This document shows, in pieces, positions 1 through 8,131 of a stretch of DNA of 64,000 bases (position 1 is the first letter of the stretch; each line of letters opens with the position of its first letter). Both the position numbers and the translations under genes were made by a program. This DNA comes from Thermoanaerobaculia bacterium (GTDB lineage: Bacteria > Acidobacteriota > Thermoanaerobaculia > Multivoradales > UBA5704). Location: positions 375 to 64,374 of the forward strand of contig DATEIO010000055.1 in assembly GCA_035278895.1 (NCBI GenBank). The letters run 5' to 3'. Under the pieces are notes generated by a model. It made no database searches, was not told the origin of the DNA, and worked only from the letters and a program-made list of their open reading frames with translations.

Positions 1-1146
1 GAGCGCTCCCCAAAGCGCACCCCGCAGCCGGCGGGGGAGGAGGTTCGCGCGGGCGAAGAGGGCCGCCAGGGTGGAAATCATGACTCCGAAGACCGGCTGG
101 TAGAGGCGGGCGAGCCAGGAGCCCCGGAGCTGCCAGCCAGGGTAGGGGGGCGCCAGGTTGGTGAAGAGGAAGAGGAGGATGGCGGCGATCAGCACGCAGA
201 CCTCGGCCCGGGGGACGATCCGGATCTCCTTCGGCAGCCAGCGTGCGGCGAGGAGCCCCAGGAGGAAGAGGAGCGGCAGGAAGAGAAAGTTGCTGTAGAG
301 AAAGACGTCCAGCGCGATCCCGGGGAGAGCCGTGAGCAGCCTGCCCCAGGTGCGGAGGCTCTCTTCCGTGAGGCTTCCCAGCGAGAGATAGCTCCCCACG
401 ATGTTGCCGTAGGCCTGGGTGTTGGAGCTCTGGAAAGGGACTTGGTAGATCGCTCGCAGCGCCACGGCCACGAGCGCTGTGGGGGCGGCCGCGGCGACGG
501 CGAAGACCGTGGCGGGCCCCCAGAGACGGCGGGAGAGGAGGAGCAGAAACCCGGCGGCGCCGAAGAATGGCAGGAGGTCGTACCCCGTGGAGAGCACGCC
601 CAGGCCGAGCCCGCAGAGGAGAGCCGGACGCCAGCCGGTGGCGGTCTCCAGCTTCCAGAGGAGCACCAGGGCGAGGAGGCTCGCCGGCACGATCACGGCG
701 TAGGAGTAGGGGAGCCCGGCCCAGTAGAAGATTCCGGGGGAGGTGGCGAGAAGCCAGAGGAGGGCGACCGGGACCTTGCCGTAGCGGTTCCGGAGAGCGC
801 GCCAGAAGACCGCGACGGAGCCGAGCGCCAGGAGGACGTTCGCCACGATTCCCCCGGCTCCGAAGCCCAGGAGCTTTATGAAGGGATAGGCGAGGAGCGG
901 GTGGAGGACCCTCCGCAGGACCACGCTGTACTCCCACTGGTCGCGGGGCGCGCCGTCCAGCATCATGAAGACGGCTTTGAAATGGTTGTGATCGATGTTC
1001 AGAAGATAATCGCACGGCCCCCAGACGTAGGGCTTGGCGAGCGTCGCGGCGTAGGGGGCGAGGGTGCCGGAGCTCGCCCAGACGCCGAGGATGAGGACCA
1101 GGGAGGCCCCGGCGAGGTGGAGGAGCTCCCGCCGCGCCGTGCTCAC
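1..1146 (-). CDS. polytopic integral membrane protein, 3'-partial (runs off left edge); function unassigned (GT-C-like sugar transferase is only a guess)
   Basis: Not in the supplied ORF track because it has no stop in the window. Hand translation of the minus strand from GTG 1146..1144 gives 382 open codons down to nt 1. Third codon positions are strongly G/C. There are at least 8 hydrophobic helices (LVLILGVWASSG, VLLALGSVAVFW, ASLLALVLLW, FLFLPLLFLLGLLAA, VCVLIAAILLFLF). The GTG overlaps the stop of the upstream methyltransferase (GTGA, 1143..1146). Confidence 0.6.
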   Translation of the reverse strand, partial: MSTARRELLHLAGASLVLILGVWASSGTLAPYAATLAKPYVWGPCDYLLNIDHNHFKAVFMMLDGAPRDQWEYSVVLRRVLHPLLAYPFIKLLGFGAGGIVANVLLALGSVAVFWRALRNRYGKVPVALLWLLATSPGIFYWAGLPYSYAVIVPASLLALVLLWKLETATGWRPALLCGLGLGVLSTGYDLLPFFGAAGFLLLLSRRLWGPATVFAVAAAAPTALVAVALRAIYQVPFQSSNTQAYGNIVGSYLSLGSLTEESLRTWGRLLTALPGIALDVFLYSNFLFLPLLFLLGLLAARWLPKEIRIVPRAEVCVLIAAILLFLFTNLAPPYPGWQLRGSWLARLYQPVFGVMISTLAALFARANLLPRRLRGALWGAL

Positions 1147-1940
1147 GGGAGCCGCTCGAAGACCACGTAGCGGCGCTGCATTTCGGGAGACATCTCCTCG
1201 CGGACGATGCGGAGGGGGTGCCCTTCGATCAGGCGCTCCACGTCTTCCCGCGTGTAGCGGAACATCGCCGAAGGATAGGTTTTCGAGAGGGCGTGGTCAG
1301 GGGTGAGGACCACGAACTGCTCGACCTCGGGGTTCGGCCAGAAGAAGTCGGCGTAGAGGAGCCCGCCCGGCTTCAGAAACCTTTCCATGAACTCCAGGTT
1401 CCACCGGCCGAGCTTCAGGTTCTGGTGAATCCAGAAGAAGCGGCCCACGACCGTGTCGACGGTGCCGAAAAACGGCTCCAGGCCTGCCCGGTCGGCCACG
1501 TGGACGTAGCTGCAATTGGGCGGGGAGACGAGCCGCGCGATCTTCAGGGCGAGCGTGCTGTAGTCGGTCCCGAGATAGGAATCGACGTAGCGGCCGAGGA
1601 GCTTGCCCATGTTGCCGCAGCCGCAGCCCATCTCCATGACGCGTTTTCCCGCCAGGGCCTCCTTGTCGCAATAGAGGTTCAGGTCCCAGGCGAAGCCGAA
1701 CGTGAGCTTGAGCATCGCGAGCGGCGAGTCGGGCAGCGGAGGCGTCACGGGGTACTCGGTGTACGGCGCGAGCTGGTAGGGCCACTCCCGCTTCAGGTAT
1801 TCGAACCACTCGGCGTTCCAGCGCTCGATCTCCTGCTCGGTGCACTCGAGCGGTGGGGAGGCGGGGAGCTCGTCGTCGTTCTCGAGGGCCACGGGAGGGG
1901 TGGCACGTCCACCAAGGGCGCGAAGAAATCTTTCAATCAT
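1143..1940 (-). CDS. class I SAM-dependent methyltransferase (265 aa)
   Basis: ORF-track ORF with ATG at 1940. Motif I is 'VMEMGCGCGNMGKLLG'; a post-motif region 'LKPGGLLYADFFW' follows. It starts 9 nt downstream of the fcl stop, and its own stop overlaps the next gene's GTG. Confidence 0.8.
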   Translation of the reverse strand: MIERFLRALGGRATPPVALENDDELPASPPLECTEQEIERWNAEWFEYLKREWPYQLAPYTEYPVTPPLPDSPLAMLKLTFGFAWDLNLYCDKEALAGKRVMEMGCGCGNMGKLLGRYVDSYLGTDYSTLALKIARLVSPPNCSYVHVADRAGLEPFFGTVDTVVGRFFWIHQNLKLGRWNLEFMERFLKPGGLLYADFFWPNPEVEQFVVLTPDHALSKTYPSAMFRYTREDVERLIEGHPLRIVREEMSPEMQRRYVVFERLP

Positions 1941-1949
1941 GGGAAAAGC

Positions 1950-2930
1950 TCAGGCGGTTGCGGCGTGGGCCTCGGTCCTCACGTCTTCGCGGTCCCAGTG
2001 CTCGACGAACCAGCGGTAGGTCTGCTCGATCCCTTCGCGGAGATCGATGCGGTGCCGCCAGCCGAGGCCATGGAGGCGCGAGACGTCCAGGAGCTTCCTA
2101 GGCATGCCGTCGGGTTTTTCGGTGTCGAAGGAGAGCCGCACGCCGGGCGCCACGATGTCGCGGATGGTCTCCGCGAGCTCGCGGATCGACAGGTCCTCGC
2201 CCGTGCCCACGTTGACGTGGGAGTCGCCGTCGTAATGGCGCATCAGGTAGAGGCAGGCGTCGGCCAGGTCGTCCACGTGGAGGAACTCGCGCCGGGGCGA
2301 TCCCGTGCCCCACACCACGACCTCGCCGCTGCCGGAGACGCGGGCCTCGTGGAACTTGCGCATCAGGGCGGGCAGCACGTGGGAGCTCTCAAGGTCGAAG
2401 TTGTCGTTCGGGCCGTAGAGGTTGGTCGGCATGGCCGAGATGAAGTCGGCCCCGTACTGCCGGCGGTAGGCCTGGCAGAGCTTGATCCCCGAGATCTTGG
2501 CGATGGCGTAGGGCTCGTTCGTGGGCTCGAGCAGGCCGGTCAGCAGATATTCCTCGCGGATCGGCTGCGGGCACTCGCGCGGGTAGATGCAGGAGCTGCC
2601 GAGGTACAGCAGGCGCTCGACCCCATGGAGGTGGCTCGCCTGCACCACGGTCGCGTGCATCATCAGGTTGTCGTAGATGAACTCCGCGGGCCGCGTGGAG
2701 TTGGCGAGGATGCCGCCCACGGTGCCGGCCACCATGAACACGTACTCCGGCCGGTTGGCCCGGAACCAGTAGTTCACCGCCGCCTGGTCGCGCAGGTCGA
2801 GCTGCTCGCGCGTCGCGGTCAGGAGGTTGGTAAACCCCTCGGCCTGAAGGCGGCGGACGATGGCCGAGCCGACCAGGCCGCGGTGGCCGGGAACGTAGAT
2901 CCGGGCGGAAAGAGGAATGTCGTGACCCAT
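1950..2930 (-). CDS. fcl: GDP-L-fucose synthase (GDP-4-keto-6-deoxy-D-mannose 3,5-epimerase/4-reductase)
   Basis: Co-linear with E. coli Fcl as I remember it: '[15 protein letters not shown]', 'LGSSCIYP', '[19 protein letters not shown]', '[12 protein letters not shown]', '[14 protein letters not shown]', '[10 protein letters not shown]', '[15 protein letters not shown]'. I chose ATG 2930 ([18 protein letters not shown]). The GTG at 2990 used by the ORF track adds 20 non-homologous residues. Confidence 0.9.
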   Translation of the reverse strand: MGHDIPLSARIYVPGHRGLVGSAIVRRLQAEGFTNLLTATREQLDLRDQAAVNYWFRANRPEYVFMVAGTVGGILANSTRPAEFIYDNLMMHATVVQASHLHGVERLLYLGSSCIYPRECPQPIREEYLLTGLLEPTNEPYAIAKISGIKLCQAYRRQYGADFISAMPTNLYGPNDNFDLESSHVLPALMRKFHEARVSGSGEVVVWGTGSPRREFLHVDDLADACLYLMRHYDGDSHVNVGTGEDLSIRELAETIRDIVAPGVRLSFDTEKPDGMPRKLLDVSRLHGLGWRHRIDLREGIEQTYRWFVEHWDREDVRTEAHAATA

Positions 2931-2946
2931 GCGAGCTTCAGCATCT

Positions 2947-2979
2947 CCCCCCAGTTGCGAGGAAAAATTGCAAGGGGGG
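2947..2979 (-). other. imperfect stem-loop in the MFS-fcl intergenic spacer
   Basis: CCCCCC (2947..2952) pairs with GGGGGG (2974..2979). TTGC (2955..2958) pairs with GCAA (2970..2973). There is a 2-nt bulge and an 11-nt A/T-rich loop. No U-tract follows on the transcribed strand. Confidence 0.3.
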
Positions 2980-3012
2980 AAATGTACCACATCCTCTTTT
3001 CCGCCCTTCCGT

Positions 3013-4371
3013 TCAGGCGTTCTGCAGCCCCGGGGCCGGAGGCGGCTCGGGTTGTGGCTCGGGCCGCACGGCGGGGACCGCGTCGGGCAGCTCGGTCTCG
3101 ACCCGCCGCAGGCGCGGATTCAGAAACGCGAGGCTGACAATGACGAGGACGACCGCCCCGACGACCACGAAAAGCAGGCCTGCGCCGCGGCCGGGCCCCA
3201 CGCCGATCAGGCTTCCGACGAAGGTGCCGGCGAGCCCTCCACCCGGGGAGAGCAGGGGCTGGAACACGCGGTCGACCAGGGGACCGGCGATCGCCGAAGC
3301 GATCGGGATCGTGCAGGCGACGATGAAGGACGCCATGCCGAACACCCGGCCCTGGACCTCGGGCGCGACCTTGGATTGGAGAATCGCCTGGTTGGTGCCG
3401 CCGATGATCGGAGAGGTGAACATGAAGCCGAAAACGGCCAGGGCGATCAAGGGGATGCTGGGCTCGACGCCGCCCAGGAAGAGGAGGCACCCCTGGAAGA
3501 CCAGGATGGCGAAGATCGTCCAGATCCGGTTCCTGGACCCTCCCCAGAGGGACAGGGTGATGCTGCCGAGGAGGACGCCCGCCGCTCCCGCCGAGTTGAC
3601 GCTTCCGAGCTCGACGGGCGTGGCGAAGCTCAGGATGAGAGGCGTGAGCAGCACCTGGACGGTCCCCATGCAGAAATTGGTCAGCGTGTACATGCTGAGC
3701 AAGGCCAGCAGGCCGGGCCGCTCGCGGAGGTAGGCCCACCCCTGGACCAGATCGCCGAGCACGGACCGCCGCCGGGGCCCGGCCTCTCGGGCGGGGTTGG
3801 GAATCCGCACCAGAAGGAGCGTGGCCGCTGCGAACAGGAACGAGGCACAGTCGATGTAGATCGCGCCGTAGTAACCGATCGCCGACACGAGGAAGCCGGC
3901 GATGAAGGGGCCGACGATCCCGGCGGAAGCCCGCGAAATCTGGGACAGGCCGGAGGCTCGGGCGAGTTGGCTGCGTGGAACGAGCAGGGAGATCGAGGAG
4001 GTGAGGGCCGGCCCCTGGAGGACGCCCAGGATGACCATGACGGTGATGAAGGGGTAGACGTGCCAGATCTCAAGGCGGCCGGCGAGCATCAGGGAGGCGA
4101 GCACCACGGTCATCGCCGCGGAGCCCAGGTTGGAGAAGAGCATGATCTTGCGCCGGTCCCACCGGTCCGCGAGGGCTCCGGAAATGGGCGCGACCACCAG
4201 CAGGATGACGCCGACGAGCACGGAGATCATGGCAAAGGGGGTCGCGGAGCCGGTTTTTTCGACGACCCAGACTCCGAGGGAGAAGCTGCCGAGGCTGGTG
4301 CCCAGGGCCGAGACGAGCTGGCCGATCCAGATCACGAAGAAGCTGCGCATATCCTTTGCAAACAAGCTCAT
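3013..4371 (-). CDS. MFS transporter (DHA3/EntS-like exporter family), 452 aa
   Basis: About 12 hydrophobic segments and an N-terminus '[31 protein letters not shown]...[10 protein letters not shown]' typical of MFS_3 exporters found in NRPS clusters. ATG 4371 is preceded by GAGGAGG (4377..4383) at 5-nt spacing. The ORF-track start at 4407 adds 12 aa with no RBS. Confidence 0.85.
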   Translation of the reverse strand: MSLFAKDMRSFFVIWIGQLVSALGTSLGSFSLGVWVVEKTGSATPFAMISVLVGVILLVVAPISGALADRWDRRKIMLFSNLGSAAMTVVLASLMLAGRLEIWHVYPFITVMVILGVLQGPALTSSISLLVPRSQLARASGLSQISRASAGIVGPFIAGFLVSAIGYYGAIYIDCASFLFAAATLLLVRIPNPAREAGPRRRSVLGDLVQGWAYLRERPGLLALLSMYTLTNFCMGTVQVLLTPLILSFATPVELGSVNSAGAAGVLLGSITLSLWGGSRNRIWTIFAILVFQGCLLFLGGVEPSIPLIALAVFGFMFTSPIIGGTNQAILQSKVAPEVQGRVFGMASFIVACTIPIASAIAGPLVDRVFQPLLSPGGGLAGTFVGSLIGVGPGRGAGLLFVVVGAVVLVIVSLAFLNPRLRRVETELPDAVPAVRPEPQPEPPPAPGLQNA

Positions 4372-4376
4372 TTCGA

Positions 4377-4383
4377 CCTCCTC
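4377..4383 (-). promoter_or_regulatory. Shine-Dalgarno GAGGAGG of the MFS transporter gene
   Basis: 5-nt spacer to ATG 4371. Confidence 0.7.
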
Positions 4384-4486
4384 GAGTCTCTGAATCGCAG
4401 GGCCCACCCGAGGGGCGGAATCGGGCGCGAACCGGCACGCCAGGGGGCAAGCGGCGGTTGGGGCCGCAGGTAGAGCTTCTCCTCGA

Positions 4487-7400
4487 TCATTCGTAGTCTC
4501 CTCTCAAGGCTCGATCAGGGGCCGGGTGGCCGGAAGGGGAAAGCGCCAGGATTCCGGTCAGGAACAGATTCTGGAGCGTCTCGATCTCGCGGCTTCGCGC
4601 GGAGGGCCGGATTTCGCCGCAGGTGCGGCCGAGGGATGCCTCGACGGCATCGCGCTCGGTCTCGCTCAGTTGCCGCAGCGAATGATCGGTCAGCGCGCGG
4701 CGGGTCTCAGGGTTCCAGAGCCGCACCAGCGGGCTCAAGCGGACAGTCAGGGAGGCGAAGTCGGCCGGCTCGGGATGGAAATCCAGGCGGCCCAGCTCTG
4801 CGGCCACGTCGCGGCGGAAGGCTTCGCGATTGTAGCGCCGGGCGATGAGACCGGCGCCGCGGCGGCACTCTTCCCCGGCGCTGGCCGGATCCGTCACGGT
4901 ATTCCGGTAGATGGCTTCGGCGACGGGCAGGTAGGCCTCGGGATCGCCGAATCCCATGGCCTCGCTTTCGTGGACGTGAATCCCACACCCCTCGGGCAGG
5001 AGGTAGCGGAGATTGCCGATCCCGTTGGTGTAGATCGGGCAGCCATGGAAGACGGATTCCAGGGCGTAGAGCCCGAAGGATTCCGGGATCGTGTTGTAGA
5101 AGACTCCAAACCGGCAGGCCCGCAGGATCTCGAACAGGGCCGACTGCCTGAGGTGGGGAATCGGGATGAGGAGGTCGGCGGCCGTCAGCCCCAGGGCCGT
5201 GAGGTTGTCCCGAAAGAACCTCATTTCCAAGGGATATTGCTCCGCCGGCAGGTCGAGGGCGGCCTGGATCCGCCGGAACATGTGATCCGCGACGAAGACG
5301 CGGAACCTCCGCCCCAGGCCGCGCTCCTGGGCGAGCTGGTTGAGCCGCAGGAGGATGCTGTAGAGGGCCGATTCGTCCACTTTCTCCGCGGTCACGGCGT
5401 GGCCGAGGACGTCGCCCCGGTCGATGGCCTCCCGGGCGTGCCGGGGGAGGTCGCCGCTCCCCTCCTCGAGGGCCCCTGCGGGCTCCTCCAGGCAGGGCAG
5501 CGCCAGAGTCAGATGCGAGACGATTCCGAAGGCCCGGGAATCGAGGATCCGCTGGCGCCGCCAGTCCGGCAGGGCGAGCAGCGACTGCACGACGTCGCCC
5601 GTGTAGGCCGAGTTGCCCCAGTAGCGATCGATGGCGGGGTTGCCGGCCCACTCGCCCGGAGAGCCGGCAAAGCCGTGGAAGAACACGACGTTTTTCTGCG
5701 CTCCCCTGCGGCGCACGGGGCTCACCTGGAGGCCGAAATCGCAGTGCACCGTCAGGCCCGCCGGCGGAAGAGAACGGCTCTGAAACCTCCGTTCCACGGC
5801 CCGCAGAGGGACCAGGACGTCCGCGGAGGAGGGGTTGCGCCCTTCGGCATAGACTCCGTGGACCTGGTATCCGAGATCCTCGAGAGTCTCGTTCAAACAG
5901 GAGTTGACCACGGCGCAGGAGCTGCCGAACGGGCGGACCGGAGGATGGAAATAGAAGACCTGCGCCCTTTTTTCCTTCGGATGAGGCGTCCTCCGGGTCC
6001 GGGGGCGAAGCTCCGGGGTCTCCTCCGGAGGGGCGGCCAGGGCCAGACGGCGCACGGTCGCGCCGAGGCCTGAGAGAGTGGGCCTGGCGAACAGCGCTCC
6101 GGGGTCGATGCGTCCCCAGCGCGCGGTGATCCGGGAGAGCAGGCGGACGGCGGAGACCGAGTCACCGCCGAGGGCGAAGAAGTCTTCGGCGAGCGTTGCG
6201 GGACGCCGGCCCAGGACCTCTTGCCAGAGCGCCGCCAGCTCCGTCTCGATCTCGCCCCATTCTCCGCGAACCGCCACTGGAGGAGGGGGCAGGGCGGCAG
6301 AGCCCAGGGCTCCGTCCGCCGTCCGAGGGAGCTCCTCGAGACCCACGAAGGCGTCCGGGATCAGAGCCTCGGGGAGCCGGGCCCGCAGATCGCGCCGCAG
6401 CTCCTCTTCGTTCGGCGGGTGGCCGTCTTCCGGAACGATCCACGCGACAAGGCGCCCCGGCTCTTCTCCTGGCGCCACCCAGGCCACCGCGGCCTGGCGC
6501 ACGGCCGGATGTTGTTCCAGGGCCCTTTCGACGAAGCGTGGATGGGCTCCGTAGCCCAGCGCTCCGGTGAGATCGGCGAGCCAGGGCTCGGGCACGTTCC
6601 AGGCTCCGACGCGGAGCGCGGGCCGCTCCTCGTTCCAGGCCTCCTCCCCGGCAGCCAGCCGGGTGAGCAGATCGCGGTAGGACTCGATCAGGCTGGGGAT
6701 GAAGTCCTCGGGAAAGACCTCCTCGACGGCCTGGCTGACCAGCTCCAGGCCGCCCTGGCCGTTCAGGGTGGCGACCCAGAGGATCAGCGCCTGCGGCAGG
6801 GAGAGCATCAGCTCGATTTCCCGGAAATCGAGCCGGGGAGGCGCTTCTCCGGGAGCTGGAGCGGCCGGCCGCGGCGAGGTCTCCTCTGCGGGCGCCGCCG
6901 GGTGGCTGTACTCGACGACGCTGTTGAAGTGGATCGGCAGGAGGGCCCGCGCACCCATCCGGTGCCGCCGGTTGTACTCGCGCCACACCTGGTGGCCGGA
7001 GAATTCCTGATGGTCGAGATCCGCTGCGATCCGCGCCTGGAGCCGCTGGGCGCGTTCCTGAAAAGCGCCGGGTCCATCTTGAGCCGCCAGCAGGTGGATG
7101 ATCGTGAAGCTGCCCAGGGAGCGGGCCATGTGCGGGTGGAGGTCCGGCCGGTAAGACCCGCCGCAGCCGATGCTGAAATCCGGGCGCGCGCTCCACAGGC
7201 GCAGCACCTCGGCGAACGCTGCGGTCAGGGCGCTCGTGGGCGACAGCCCGGCGTTGCGGGCCCGTTGGCTGAAGCCCTCCCAGCTCTGGCGGTCCAGGAC
7301 CTCCGGCTGGCGTTTGACGATCCGCGGCACCGTGTCCGGGGTGAGCGGCCGGGCCAGAGGCAAGACCGGCGGCGGTGGCAGCGAAGGCAGCTGGGACAGC

Positions 7401-8131
7401 CAGTAAGCGCGGGAACGGGAGTAGGCCGCGGTCTCCCGGAATGCGGCAAGCGCCCGCGCGTAGTCCAGGAACGAGACCTCGAGCGGAGCCAGCTCCCGGT
7501 CCGGGAAGTTGAGGAGCTGCGACAGCTCCTCGAACAGCCTGGCGCGGGCGGTGCCGTCGATCAGGATCGCCTCGAAGCGCCAGTGCAGCCGGATCCGGCC
7601 GCCGTTGATCTGGTGGAGCACGGCTTCGAAAAGCGGCCAGCGGTCGAGCGGGCGTTTCGCGTAGCGCATCTCGTGGCGCACGCTGCGCAGGCGCTCCTCG
7701 GTCCAGGCGCTGCTCCTGCCGCTCAGGTCCTCCGCCTCGACCTCAAAGGGCGGCACCTCGGGGAGGAGCTGCAGGTGGCCATCCGGCAGGACGATGGTGC
7801 GCAGCATCTCGTGGCGCCCGATGACCGTGCGCAACGCCCGGGTCAGGCGGTGGGCGAACGGCCAGAGAGAGCCCTGGTACTCCTGCTCGATGTAGATGTT
7901 GGCCCCGCACCCCCCCACGTCGAAGACGCCGCTGCGGCCGAGCCAGAGAACCTCCTGGAAGTCGGTCGGGGGAACCGGGGCGAAGCGGTCCGGAGGCCTC
8001 TCGGGGAGGCGTGGACGCTCGGGGAGGAGCGGAGGCGGCGCGGCCGGACCGCCGCGATCCTTGATTCTGCGCATCAGCAGATCGCGCTGTTCGGGCGACA
8101 GGGCGGCGATGCGCCGCTCGAAGTCATTCAT
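4487..8131 (-). CDS. atypical terminal NRPS-like protein: degenerate Cy-family domain, A C-terminal-subdomain remnant, PCP, GT4-like glycosyltransferase, unassigned tail (1214 aa)
   Basis: ATG 8131 overlaps the stop of the upstream NRPS (ATGAATGA). The N-terminus has an 'LSPEQRDLL' helix. The Cy-family domain spans aa 50-495 (6647..7984: 'PPTDFQEVLWLGR', 'GGCGANIYIEQE', 'RHEMLRTIVLPDG'), but DxxxxDxxS reads 'EAILIDGTA' and (G/A)DFT reads 'GSFT'. The A-subdomain remnant spans aa ~525-612 ('HPAVRQAAVAWV..GRLVAWIVP..LPEALIPDAFVGLEELPRTADGAL'), with no A1-A8 and no A10 Lys. The PCP has 'FFALGGDSVSAV' (Ser codon 6158..6160). The GT-B/GT4-like domain spans aa 722-1115 with 'ESFGLYALE' (E-x7-E). A ~100-aa tail is unassigned. 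Confidence 0.85.
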   Translation of the reverse strand: MNDFERRIAALSPEQRDLLMRRIKDRGGPAAPPPLLPERPRLPERPPDRFAPVPPTDFQEVLWLGRSGVFDVGGCGANIYIEQEYQGSLWPFAHRLTRALRTVIGRHEMLRTIVLPDGHLQLLPEVPPFEVEAEDLSGRSSAWTEERLRSVRHEMRYAKRPLDRWPLFEAVLHQINGGRIRLHWRFEAILIDGTARARLFEELSQLLNFPDRELAPLEVSFLDYARALAAFRETAAYSRSRAYWLSQLPSLPPPPVLPLARPLTPDTVPRIVKRQPEVLDRQSWEGFSQRARNAGLSPTSALTAAFAEVLRLWSARPDFSIGCGGSYRPDLHPHMARSLGSFTIIHLLAAQDGPGAFQERAQRLQARIAADLDHQEFSGHQVWREYNRRHRMGARALLPIHFNSVVEYSHPAAPAEETSPRPAAPAPGEAPPRLDFREIELMLSLPQALILWVATLNGQGGLELVSQAVEEVFPEDFIPSLIESYRDLLTRLAAGEEAWNEERPALRVGAWNVPEPWLADLTGALGYGAHPRFVERALEQHPAVRQAAVAWVAPGEEPGRLVAWIVPEDGHPPNEEELRRDLRARLPEALIPDAFVGLEELPRTADGALGSAALPPPPVAVRGEWGEIETELAALWQEVLGRRPATLAEDFFALGGDSVSAVRLLSRITARWGRIDPGALFARPTLSGLGATVRRLALAAPPEETPELRPRTRRTPHPKEKRAQVFYFHPPVRPFGSSCAVVNSCLNETLEDLGYQVHGVYAEGRNPSSADVLVPLRAVERRFQSRSLPPAGLTVHCDFGLQVSPVRRRGAQKNVVFFHGFAGSPGEWAGNPAIDRYWGNSAYTGDVVQSLLALPDWRRQRILDSRAFGIVSHLTLALPCLEEPAGALEEGSGDLPRHAREAIDRGDVLGHAVTAEKVDESALYSILLRLNQLAQERGLGRRFRVFVADHMFRRIQAALDLPAEQYPLEMRFFRDNLTALGLTAADLLIPIPHLRQSALFEILRACRFGVFYNTIPESFGLYALESVFHGCPIYTNGIGNLRYLLPEGCGIHVHESEAMGFGDPEAYLPVAEAIYRNTVTDPASAGEECRRGAGLIARRYNREAFRRDVAAELGRLDFHPEPADFASLTVRLSPLVRLWNPETRRALTDHSLRQLSETERDAVEASLGRTCGEIRPSARSREIETLQNLFLTGILALSPSGHPAPDRALRGDYE
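4787..5968 (-). other. domain: GT-B fold, GT4-like glycosyltransferase fused to the PCP
   Basis: N-half Rossmann start 'QVFYFHPPVRPFGSSCAVV..LEDLGYQVHGV'. C-half 'NTIPESFGLYALESVFHGCPIYTNGIGNLRYLLPEG', containing the E-x7-E motif. Confidence 0.7.
6047..6259 (-). other. domain: peptidyl carrier protein
   Basis: 'ELAALWQEVLG..EDFFALGGDSVSAVRLLSRI'. Confidence 0.8.
6296..6559 (-). other. domain remnant: adenylation C-terminal subdomain only
   Basis: The post-A8 pattern 'ALEQHPAVRQAAVAWV..GRLVAWIVP..LRARLPEALIPDAF' is present. The A10 position reads 'LPRTADGAL', with no Lys. There is no A1-A8 core anywhere in this protein. Confidence 0.6.
6647..7984 (-). other. domain: heterocyclisation-family (Cy-like) domain with degenerate signature motifs
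   Basis: Cy-type Z1/Z2 motifs are present. 'EAILIDGTA' (7556..7573) replaces DxxxxDxxS. 'GSFT' replaces (G/A)DFT. Confidence 0.7.

Noticed and set aside
442-1170. Plus-strand ORF of 242 aa at the left end.
   Set aside because: It has a charged, low-complexity translation. The opposite strand encodes a coherent multi-helix membrane protein that is translationally coupled to the upstream gene.
2931-2990. Longer starts for fcl (GTG 2990) and the MFS gene (4407).
   Set aside because: The extra residues have no counterpart in Fcl or MFS N-termini. For fcl they would run through the intergenic stem-loop. The MFS ATG at 4371 has a well-spaced GAGGAGG.
4372-4486. Possible intrinsic terminator or promoter in the 115-nt spacer after the last NRPS gene.
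   Set aside because: Only weak, imperfect inverted repeats are present. There is no U-tract, and I could not defend any -35/-10 boxes by eye in such GC-rich sequence.
7859-7879. MbtH-like signature 'YQGSLWP'.
   Set aside because: It is embedded inside the Cy-like domain and lacks the rest of the MbtH motif set. No stand-alone MbtH-like ORF is present in the window.
6647-7984. Calling the Cy-like domain a functional thiazoline/oxazoline-forming cyclisation domain.
   Set aside because: Its signature motifs are degenerate (ExxxxDxxA, GSFT). Its module has no functional A domain. No Cys- or Ser-specific A domain is positioned to supply it.
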